Assembly (NCBI GenBank): GCA_051362555.1 | Contig: CM120640.1 | Span: 59,250,788-59,314,787, forward strand | Length of the DNA stretch: 64,000 nucleotides | Origin: Lingula anatina | Taxonomy: Eukaryota; Animalia; Brachiopoda | Reading direction: 5' to 3' | Shown here: one piece after another, positions 27,230-39,400 of the stretch | Position numbering within the stretch: the stretch's first letter is position 1 | How the letters are laid out: each line of letters starts with the position of its first letter | The notes under the pieces: model-generated | Seen by the model: the letters and a program-made list of their open reading frames with translations, nothing else | What the model was told of the DNA's origin: nothing | Database searches by the model: none | Program-made: the position numbers and the translations under genes

Positions 27230-30200
27230 CCCTTAAACCAAAATCGGTAGAATATATTCTACCGATTTTGGTTTAAGGGCTTATTATTATTATGTATATT
27301 TGAGAATCAGTCAGTGATAAACTCAGTAAGACTTATCTTTTTGATAAATGATCCACGAGTACTTAGTTGCAATACTGCACAGATAAGAGCCCCATCTGTT
27401 AGGAATTTAGGGTACTAAATGTACATGATGATGAAACAAAGGAGTGGTAAATATTAATAAGATGAGTATGCAAAAGCAGCATCACAGAGAATGCAAATGC
27501 CTGTTTACTTATTGGTTTGATAAAGAATATTAATTTTTCATGCTATTTTTTATTTGATCAGTATTAAAATATTATCAGTTTCATAATCCTGTTTGACATA
27601 TGAAAATATTGTTCATGTACTAGTATAAAAACATGTATAAAATGTAACCAATTTTATGTTCAGTTCTGTTATAATATCTTGTTATTATTAAATTCAAAGT
27701 ATATATATATATATTGTGTTATTCCTAAGTGGTGAATAAAGGAGTAGCATTTCTTTGACAGCAGTAGAAATGACAGTAGCATTGATTTAAATTTTCAGGT
27801 GTTTGCAACAGCATGAAAGGCACGGAAGTGATAATACTTAGTTATTCCCAATACTGCCGCTACAAAGCCATTCTCAAACGCCTCGAGGGAGTGACAGACA
27901 AATGGCTTAGGAACACCTTAGTGTGTGCCATTGGTGGCTTTACATTTAACAGTAAGAATGCTCGAATACTTTTCTGTAAGGACACATTTGAGCATCCAGA
28001 ACTTGAGGAACTTGAAGTGCGTTGTGATGAACTTGGTAAGTTTGGCAATAGACATATTGTTTTTAAATTAATGTACATATTGTACATACTGTAAAGCATC
28101 AGCATGTTTTGTTCACTGTTTCTGTCCGTGTCACTGTTGTTGCATTTTTTTCCTGAAATTTAATTGAAAGATATGCTCATACAGTAATACATATTGGTAG
28201 TTGGTCAGAAAACCACAACAGATTGTGAAATACATAAACTTTTTTGTTTAAGGTTATCCAAATGTAACAGATAATTCTTTGCATGCATTTGATATAGTTC
28301 ATGAGATCCAATATTATGGCTTTTGGTATCGAGTTTTGCCTTAAGGAATGTGTGGATTTCAAAGCCCCTTTATGCATTCATATAACATCCCCAGTAGATT
28401 TTTATTCCATTGTTATTGCATGTAGATATTTATGCATGTTAAAATCTTCAGGTCTGTATTAAGTGTTACATTTCGTTATAACAGCACCAAACCTAAAAGG
28501 CCGTCCAAGGAAAAAGAAACGTCTTAAAAAGGAGAGTTCTATAGAGTCAGAGTCAGGAGAAGAAAGTACAAGCATGGATTCTGTCAGTTTTAAGAAGGTG
28601 AGCCATATGTTGTACACTCTTTTTTATATGAGAGGCATGATGGAGCTAATAATGTAAGTAGTTGAATGAAGGCATGCAGATAATCTGATCAGTTAAACAG
28701 ATTTGAATGGTTGTCTGGTGTATTATTTCACTTTGTTTGTCATTGCCTCTGTTAAAAAATAGCAAATGCGAATTATGTACTCATATCCCATATCACATTT
28801 GACCAACCCCATCCATCTGAGCCTGTTCCCTGAATATTGGTATCCTGTCTGGGAATGCCAATATATAAATATTTGATCTTGTCTTTTTGGGCTCAAGTCA
28901 AGCAAGATGGAAAGAACAATAGTATATGTGAATTCATGAAGCATTTTTTTTTTTTAGTCTCAGGCTCGTGGAGAGAGAAGGAATGGCAAGTCTATGTCAC
29001 CTAAAGATATGGCAGAAGCAGACTTTCTGGCAGCCTTGTATAAGTTCATGAGGAACAGACAGAGTCCCATCACCAAGGTCCCTTCATTAGGATTCAAAAC
29101 AAGTGAGTCGGTTTTGAAGGCTGAATTTTTAATGTTTATATTTTGTGACTGTTTCCTAAAAATCAATCATGAAATTTTTGGGTAAAATGAAGATTCTGAA
29201 TTATTTAGATGATACTCTAAATATTGAACTTAATGTAGCATTTTCTTATGTATTAAGCTCCTAAGTTAAGGCCATGGTAAGATTGATGTTGAACCCCTGA
29301 TAAATCCTCTCAAGAAGTATTATTAGTAAAAATAAGTTAAATGAAGCATAGAGTGTGTAGTAAGTGTCTTGTATCAGTAGGATAAAGTATTACTTTAAAA
29401 TCAGCTTAGGGAAAAAAGGTCTATACTCTCATTACTATTGTTGCTATTACTTTATCTCTGTATATTTTCACCAGCTCAGTCTGGTGCAGTAAGTATGAAT
29501 AAAGCATCATGTATAATGCTCAACTGGATATTAATTATGTTTAAATTGGAAGCTAGTATTGCATTGCATTTCATTTGTTATGGTGATATATACTGGCTGT
29601 GTCGTTTCATCTATAAGCGGGCTACATGTTGAGAATACATAAAATGTATGGTGTTGAAATGATTCCAAATGAAGTATACAAAGTTTAGCAACAAAATAAT
29701 AATGATAATAATTGTATCATAGTAGCTTCTAAAAACGATCTTTAAAATGATGGATGTTAAATTAGTAGCTAGAGATGACTGGTTTCCACACTTTTTGGTC
29801 ACAGTTGCTCAGACATAATATCAGTGTGACATATCCTTGTCATTTCTTACAATAATTTATGGATGGATACAATACTGTTACCTGCGGGCAGTTCAAAAAT
29901 ACACCAGACAACCATTCTTGTTTGTTTACTTTTGGCATTATATAAGTTTTTACTAGTTAAATTTCATGGTTTGTTGTAATATGTGGCACGTCAAATTGAA
30001 TTTTAATTTAATTAAAGATTTTACTAGTAAAATGAAGCACAGAAGTTATCCCCGTTTTCAGACTGAAAAACTGCACCATCTTAAATTTTATTTCAGTTGA
30101 CCTGTATTACTTTTACTCCAGTGCACAGAAGTATGGGGGCTATGAACAGGTAAAGAACAGCTCCATTTTAAAAAGGGAAATATAGAAAACTGCTCAAAGA

Positions 30201-33200
30201 TATCTTTATTTTTAATGCAGATGAATGAAAACATTTTTGTTTAGAGCTAAATTATTATGTACAGACACAGATGTGTCTGTACATATTGCCATCACCTGCG
30301 TCTGTCGTCGCCGTCGTCGCCGATGCCGATGCCGATGCCGTCGCCGTGCACTTTCCTTGTAAACACCATAAGTGGAAGGCAGTTTTACTTTTTGGCTTTA
30401 TATTTACAGAGCTGATGAATATTCATAAAACGCAGGTCAAGTTCGAAAATCAGCATGATCGGGCCATTATTGTAGAAGTTATGCTGTTTTTTCACTTTTC
30501 AGCATATATGCAACCTTGTAAACACATTTTAAGGAAAACCGTTTGGCCTGTTGTCATGAAACTCACAGGAGTAATCAATCTTACTAAAACGCAGGGCAAG
30601 TTCGAAAATCAGCATGATCGGGCCACTATTTTAGTAGTTATGCGTTTTTTTCATTGTTCAGCATATATGCAACACTGTAAACACAATATAAGAAAAACAG
30701 AAAGCCCAATTGTCATTAAACTCACAGGAACGGTCAGTCTTACTAAAACGCAGGTTGAGTTCGAAAATCAGCATAATTGGGGCATTATTTTAGAAGTTAT
30801 GCTGTTTTTTCACATTTCCTCAGATTTCCTCAGATTTAATTCTTAGGCATGTTAATAGCCTTATTATTTAAGTAATAAGATACGTAAAAGTGTTTGTTTG
30901 ACATTTCCTGAATCTTTACAACATTGTTAGTTGATTATGTAAAAATGATGGTAAACTTGTTATCGTGTATTGTGTAATAAAGTGTCAAAAATGGAAATAA
31001 ACTCATATCATTGCAGTTTGTCAGATTCAATCATTCACTATGTTCAGAATCTCAGAATGGAAGAAATTGGACATTTAACACTGTTCTATTGATATTCTTC
31101 ACATCTCATCAATTTTCTTAGTTGATCTTATAAAAATGGCAGTAACCTATTAATTTTGTTTTATGTTAAAAAAGTGTTAAAAATGGAAATAAACCCATTT
31201 CAGAACAGTGCAGTCTTGTTTACATTTTGGCATTTTTAAGGCGTGACTTTGAAGTTCCATCGGCCTAAAAACATTTGTTAGTCATGTTTACTATTTGTCC
31301 ATGATACTAATATTTTATTATTAAAAATTGATGATCATTATGCTGTTAAACATTATGTAATATTGCATCAAAATTTGAAAAAAACCTATTTTGGGCACTG
31401 CTCCCATGATGACCATTTAAGAAAAACCATGTCACTTACTGTTCTCAAACAGTACAGTTAATATGTACAGATGTGTCTGTACATATTGCCATCACCTGCG
31501 TCTGTCGTTGCGTCACTGTCGCTGTCGCCGGCGCCTTGCACTTTCATTGTAAACATGATAAGTGGAAGGCAGTTTTACTTTTTGGCTGTATATTTACAGA
31601 GCTGATGAATATTCATAAAATGCAGGTCAAGTTCGAAAATCGGCATGATCGGGCCATTAATGTAGAAGTTATGCTGTTTTTTCACTTTTCAGCATATATG
31701 CAACACTGTAAACACATTTCAAGGAAAACCGATAAGCTTTTTGTCATGAAACTCACAGGAGTAATCGATCTTACTATAACGCAGGTCAAGTTCGAAAACC
31801 GGCATGATCGGGCCACTATTTTAGTAGTTATGCTTTTTTTTTCACTTTTCAGCATATATGCAACACTGTAAACACAATATAAGAAAAACAGATAGGCCAA
31901 TTGTCATTAAACTCATTCCTGCTAAAGCGCAGGTTGAGTTCAAAAATCAGCATAATCGGGCCATTATTTTAAAGAAATGCAGTTTTTTCACATTTCCTCA
32001 GATTTAATTCTTAGGCATGTAAACAGTTTCATTATTGAACTAATAAGATACGTAAAAGTGTTTGTTTGGCATTTCCTGCAATTTTACAACATTATTAGTT
32101 GATTATGTAAAAATGATAGTAAACTTGTTATCGTGTATTGTGTAATAAAGTTTCAAAAATGGAAATAAACTCATATCATTGCAGTTTGTCAGATTCAATC
32201 ATTCACTATGTTCAGAATCTCAGAATGGAAGAGATTGGACATTTAACACTGCTCTGTTGATATTTTTCCCATCTCATCAATATTCTTAGTTGATAATATA
32301 AAAACGGCAGAAAACTGTTAATTTTGTTTTATGTTAAAAATTGTTAAAAATGGAAAAAAAAATACATTTCAGAACAGTGCTGTCTCGTTTACATTTTGGC
32401 ATTTTCAAGTTGTGACTTTGAAGTTCCATGAGCCTGAAGACCTTTGCTAGTCACATTTTCTGAATATCCATAATACTAATATTTTATTATTAAAGTTGAT
32501 GGTCATTATGCTGTTAAACATTATGTAATATTGCATCAAAATTAAAAAAAAAAAAAACTATTTTGGGCACAGCTCCCATGATGACCATTTAAGAAAAACC
32601 ATGTCATTTACTGTTCTCAAACTTACAGGAAAGAAACATGGGACTAAAATACAGCTTCAGTAGGAAATACAGTCTGTTTAGTAATTCTTACTGCCAGTTA
32701 AACAGTTATTTTGTGAAAATTTCATTTTTCACATATTGGCATTTTCAAGGTGTGACTTTGAAGTTCCACGGGCTTGAAGACCCATGCTAGTCACATTTTC
32801 TGAAAATCCATGATACGTATATTTTATTATTAAAAATTGACGGTCATTATGCTGTTAACCATTATGTAATATTGCATCAGAATAGAAGAAAACACAATTT
32901 TGGGTGCTGCTGCCATGATGACCATTATGGGAAAACCATGTTACTTATGATTGCCAAACTTTCAAAAAAGAAATACAGGACTAAAATGCAGTCTGAGTTG
33001 GAAAAGCAGTCTAAGTGACTTCTTTTTCTGGAAGTTATACATTTTCAAAGTGTAAACTTGTCACATATTTTAATTACATTGGTATTACCTGTTGAGGATA
33101 ATTAAAATTTGATGTTGAATTTGCAGTTTAACATAATGTACTTTTGCATCAGAATTGACAGTAGCCTATTTTGTGCATAGTTATTTCCTGTTTTTTGTCT

Positions 33201-36200
33201 GTACATTTGACAGCTTTGCTGCCTTGTTTTCATTTACAATTAAACATCCCAAGCAGAGAAACTGAAAAAATACACATTTTATGTTAAATTTGTTGTAAGA
33301 TCAAGGGGAAATGAAAAATTTGGAATTCCTATTCTGTTAAATGTTGGTGTCACCTGCTGTGCTTTAATAGTCAGTCTTAAAAATTGACAGGTGCTATAAT
33401 TGTCTGCTTATATCAGTTATGTCATTATGTTCACAGTTGAAAGTTAATTTAAAAGAATCTGTTGAATTAATGATTTGCTGTTCTCAATAGGATCATCCAG
33501 TTTTTTACTTGGTTTTAGATAACTAACAAACGGCTTTGGAAACACCTTTATGACAAACTAGGAGGTAACCCAGGAAGTACTAGTGCTGCCACCTGCACCA
33601 GAAGGCATTATGAGAAGTAAGTGGGTTTGCAATAATTATTAAACAGTGCAGGTATACCTGTTACTGAGTTAAGCATTGTGATGTACAAGGGAAGATCTAG
33701 AGGTTGCCCCCATTTCCAAACCAAATTGTAGCCCACTCCCCACCCCCCAAAAAAGAAAAAGGTCACACACACAGAAGCATGTTTCATATACTCCATTGTG
33801 CTTATTTCCTTAGTTACATTGCACCTTTTTATTATGTACAGACACAGATGTGTCTGTACATATAGCCGTCACCTGCGTCTGTCGTCGCCGTTGCCGTTGC
33901 CGTTGCCGTTGGTGTGCACTTTTACCGTAAACACGATAAGTGGAAAACGGTTTTACGTTTTGATTTGAAACTTACAGAACTGATGAATATTCATAATATT
34001 CAGGTCAAGTTCGAAAATCAGCATGATCGGGCCATTTTTAGGGAAGTTATGCTGTTTTTTCACTTTTTTCAGCATATATGCAACACCATAAACACGATAA
34101 GTGGAAAACCGTTTTACCTTTTGGTTTGAAACTTACAGAACTGATGAATTTGTATAATATGCAGGTCAAGTTCGAAAATCAGCATGATCGGGTCATTTTT
34201 AGGGAAGTTTTGCTTTTGTTTCACTTTTTTCAGCATATATGCAACACCGTAAACACGATAAGTGGAAAACCGTTTTACCTTTTGGTTTGAAACTTACAGA
34301 ACTGATGAATTTGTATAATATGCAGGTCAAGTTTGAAAATCAGCATGATCGGGTCATTTTTAGGGAAGTTTTGCTTTTTTTTCACTTTTTTCAGCATATA
34401 TGCAACACCGTAAACACGATAAGTGGAAAACCGTTTTACCTTTTGGATTGAAACTTACAGAACTGATGAATATTTATAATACGCAGGTCAAGTTCGAAAA
34501 TTAGCATGATTGGGTCATTTTTAGGGAAGTTATGCTTTTTTTTTCACATTTTCTCTGATTCAGTTCTTAGGCATGTTAATAGTCTCATTATTGAACTAAT
34601 AAGATATGTAAAAGTATTTTTTTGACATTTCCTGCATCTTTACAACATTGTTAGTTGATTATGTAAAAATGATGGTAAACTTGTTATCGTGTATTGTGTA
34701 ATGAAGTGTCAAAAATGGAAATAAACACATAACATTGCAGTTTGTCAGATTCAATCATCCACTATGTTCAGTATCTCAGAATGGAGGAAATTGGACATTT
34801 AATACTGTTCTATCGATATTTTTCCCATCTCATCAATTTTCTTAGTTGGTCATATAAAAATGGCAGTAAACTGTTAATTTTGTTTTATGTTAAAAAAGTG
34901 TTAAAAATGGAAATAAACCCATTTCAGAAAAGTGCTGTCTTGTTTACATTTTGGCATTTTCAAGATGTGACTTTGAAGTTCCATGGGCCTGAAGACCTTT
35001 GCTAGTCACATTTTCTGAATATCCATGATACTAATATTTTATTATTAAAAATTGATGGTCATTATGCTGTTAAACATTATGTAATATTGCATCAAAATTT
35101 GAAGAAACCCCTATTTTGGGCACTGCTCCCATGATGACCATTTAAGGAAAATCATGTCACTTACTGTTCTCAAACTTACAGGAAAGAAACATGGGACTAA
35201 AATACAGCTTCGGTAGGCAATGCAGTCTGTTTGGTAATTTTTTCTGGCAGTTAAACAGTTTTTTGTGAAAATTTAATTTTTCACATATTGGCATTTTCGG
35301 GGTGTGACTTTGAAGTTCTATGATCCTGAAGACCTTTGCTTGTCACATTTTCTGAAAGTCCATGTTACTAATATTCTATTTTTAAAAATTGATGGTCATT
35401 ATGCTGTTAAACATTATGTAATGTTACATTAAAATTTGAAGAAACCCCTATTTTGGGCACTGCTCCCATGATGAGCACTTAAGGAAAATCATGTCACTTA
35501 CTGTTCTCAAACTTACAGGAAAGAAACATGGGACTAAAATACAGCTTCAGTAGGAAATGTAGTCTGTTTGGTAAATTTTTCTGGCAGTTAAACAGTTTTT
35601 TGTGAAAATTTCATTTTTCACATATTGGCATTTTCAAGGTGTGACTTAGAACCTCCACGGGCTTGAAGACCCATGCTAGTCACATTTTCTGAAAATCCAT
35701 GATACGTATATATTATTATTAAAAATTGATGGTTATTATGCTGTTAAGCATTATGTAATGTTGCATCAAAATAGAAGAAAACACAATTTTTGGTGCTGCT
35801 GCCATGATGACCATTATGGGAAAACCGTGTTACTTATGACTGTCAAACTTTCAAAAAAGAAACACAGGACTCAAATGCAGCCTGAGTTGGAAAAGCAGTC
35901 TAATTGGCTTCTTTTTCTGGAAGTTATACATTTTAGTGAAAAATTCATTATTATCGTGTTGGCATATTCATTGTGGGACTCAGAGCTCCCATGGACATGA
36001 AGCCGAATAGTAATCAAATTTTCTAAATGCCCATGCTATTTATAGTCAATAATCTAAAATTGGTGATAATTATTATATAATTTATTATGTAATGTTACAT
36101 CAAAATTGACAAAAATCTTTTTGCACTGCTACTGCAAACATTATGAAAAGAAAACTGTGTTACTTATTATTATTTTTAACTTACAAGTATGATTTTTAGG

Positions 36201-36404
36201 ATTGGCATGCAGTTCAAATTAGAAAGCCAGCTCAATTGGGTTATCTTTTATCATTGAATTCATGCAATTTTGTGTGAAATTTTCATTTTTCTCATTCTGG
36301 CACTTTCAAAGTATAAACTTGAACTCTGATGGGCCTGAAGCCTTATGCTTTTACTTGCTTTTACAGCGCAGGTAAATTTTGTTTAATATTGCAAATAAGT
36401 TTTT

Positions 36405-36452
<48 letters not shown>

Positions 36453-39400
36453 AAAAAGATTAAAAGTTTGAATGGCAGCATCATTGGAATTATATTTACC
36501 TCTGCCAAGGAGGTTATGTTTTCACCCCTGTTTGTCTGTCATCAACATAACTCAAAAAGTTACGGACCGATTTTGATGAAATTTTCAGGAACTGTCAGAA
36601 GTGGGCAAGGAGGACAATGATTAGTTTTTGGTGGTGGTCCGGATCAATAATCAATCAATAATAATCAACAATTGCTGTCTTGGCAGAGGTCTGCGCTCTT
36701 GGAGTGCCTTTCTAGTTTTGTTATGTTTTCCTTTTTAATTTTTTTCTCAAACACTGGCATTTGTGACTTTTAACTCTCATCTGCCTGAGGCTCTGCACAT
36801 TTTCTATATTTCCACATAAGCAGTTGTATTGTTTTTTATGTCTTTAAACATTATGTAATATTATTTTATGCACTGTCATCATTTTTCAAATATTGAGACT
36901 TTCATCATGAGAATTTGAACTCTCATGATCCTGAAACTGTAATCTTACTGAAGGGGTGGATTGAGACCATCTTCTGGGTCTTCCAGAAGACGGTCAGGTT
37001 ATTAAGTTTATATTGACTGGTATCTATTTTTTTCTGTTGGAAGACCATAAAAATGGAGGATGGATCAACATAGATACTTTGGAATACTGTCAGAAAATAT
37101 CTCTGGGTTCGCTCCTGTTATTGACCATGGTACCTGTTGTGCATGATTAAAATTTAGTGTTGACTGACAGTGCTATTATAAGCATTATTTATTATTGCAT
37201 CAAAATTGACAAAATGACCTATTTTGCATCTTTATTTTCTGTTTTTTGTCTGTACATTTGACAGCTTTGCTGCCTTGTTGACATAAACAATGTATCAGCA
37301 CATGTAGCTGTCACCTGTATCTGTTGTCACTCTTGTCATACAGTTTCCCAGAATTTTTTCTTGTTAATGCAGAAATGATTCAGCAGACTTTAAAAAAAAA
37401 CATTTTTTGGACTTTCATTGTTAAATTAGTTGGTCGTCATTGTTAGACTATTCTTATATATCTGTCCATTGCATCTTCTTAACAGTGAGTGGGGGCAAAC
37501 AAAGGGTGCTTTCCCAGAGATTTAGATCGATCTAGAGATTAAGATTTAGATCGACCTAACTCCCTGGGGGTTCACGCTAAATTGCAGTCAGCCGAGCGGG
37601 CACCATAGTTAATTACCCCCTTACAGCTTTTAGTAGGCGGGACAGACGCTTAAGCCGGCCAAGCTGACAGTAATCTAGTGAGACTCTCCGAAGGGATAGA
37701 TCGATCTAAAAATCTATGGAAATGGGGTCAAAATTAGGCCTAACCCACCTTGTTATCCAGGACTTGCCAGTGAGCTTGAAAATTGGTGAATTATATTTGG
37801 ATCATTTTTTCACAAGTAACTGGTTTGGACAAATAACATCCCTTTTAGTTAAATTAGAAAACGATACATACATGTATGTTATACATGTGTCTGTATATGA
37901 ACTCCTTATGCCTCAGGCTGCTGTTGCCATTTGAACGTTATGTGAAAGGAGAGCTACACAAACCACTGCCAGTGCCTTACAAACAGCCGCCTCGCAGGCC
38001 GACCTCTGACACAGAAGGAAGAAGAGGACAAAAAATCAAAAACGAACAAGAAATAGCCTGGGAAGACAGAAAGAGAAACTCAAATTTGGGGAGAAAGGTG
38101 AATACAGCTTGTGAATGCTCAGACACTGCTGTAGCCTTTTATATAGGGATCACCAGTCCTACCTAAAGCCAAACCATGATACTTTTCTTCTTTAAGCAAA
38201 AGTCAGTGGTATCTGTCTGTTTAATTCTTGATATTGTTCCTTATATGTAGCACCTGTATTTGGATGGCTCCCATATAAATGACAGGTAAAAAGGTCTATG
38301 AAAAATGTCTTGTGTATTGAGACTACTTTGTTTGACATGTTTTGTCTCTCATTCAGAAGTTTGGAACCAGCCTGGAGTTGATGGAAAAAGAGAGGAAGTG
38401 GGAAGAGATGAGAAGACACAAAATACTTGTGCAAAAGGTAAACTCATTGAAAAATTTCTCTCCAACTTAACTTAATGACATGCTTTAACTTTCATGTGTT
38501 TGATGTTACAGACGAACAAGAACTGAATACAACCAAAGAGAGCATTCAGTGGCATGTAAAACGGGGTGAAGTAGGTCTTTGCCAACATCCACGTAAAACT
38601 ACTATACTCCATTTCTAGGTGAGACAAGGGCATCCCAATCATGTCTTCAACAAAGAATCAGACATGCCCTCTTCATCAAAAGTCAATCACCAGCCAGTGG
38701 GCATTGTGACTCCAATGAAAAGCCCAACTACTTTGCAAGAGCCACGTGAGCTATTGAGAGCTGAAACAGTAAAATTCAACCAAGATGGAGAATATGATAA
38801 AACAAATCGTCCCAGCATTCCTCCTCCTCTGCAGAAACAACCTCTTAGTGTGCCAACCTTAGGGCAGAAAAAGGTGTTTTTGCACCGCTCTTTAGGCCAG
38901 GGTCAGGATATGTCCAGTAGCAGCCGTCCATTGCCTCCACCCTTAGTAAAGACTTCAGGGGGGAATAGAGAAAATGCTCCTGCAAAAGTGTACCATGAAG
39001 ATGCTAAATATACTGCTGATGGCAAAAGTATGAGTTAACAGTCACTTATTCATTAGAACACGAGTAACTAGTCACAGAGTATAGTATTTTGTTATTGATT
39101 ACAAAAGTTGCTATTTTATATCTGTTAATAAAATTGTTATGAATCAATTAAGAGATATAAGAAATTATGAACAGTACTGTAATGGGTTTGTCAGATGAGT
39201 CATATTTAAATTCTAGGTCTGTAAACATTTTAACATTTTCTTTTATTTTTGTAGGTACCAGTAACAGGGATAGCATAGATGGACAAGAGTCTTTTGCTCA
39301 CAGACCTTCAGTGATTCAACACACACATCTGTCATCAAAGGGACCAATGGACAGTGAAGCTTCCTCTTCACAGCTGTATACAAGAATACAGTCCGAATAT

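Larger units (their letters stand above)
33832..37278 (+). mobile_element. Helentron-associated (HINE-like) element of the same family, with tandem arrays
   Basis: Same 5' and 3' termini as 30255-33227; (GCCGTT)n; about four 161-bp units (33925-34545) followed by ~340-bp units (34950-35960). Confidence 0.8.

Noticed and set aside
30271-34451. ORFs of 70-191 aa with repeated KHDKWK...QVKFENQHDRA motifs
   Set aside because: Translations of the 161-bp tandem units of HINE-like elements; frames break between units and no domain is recognisable.
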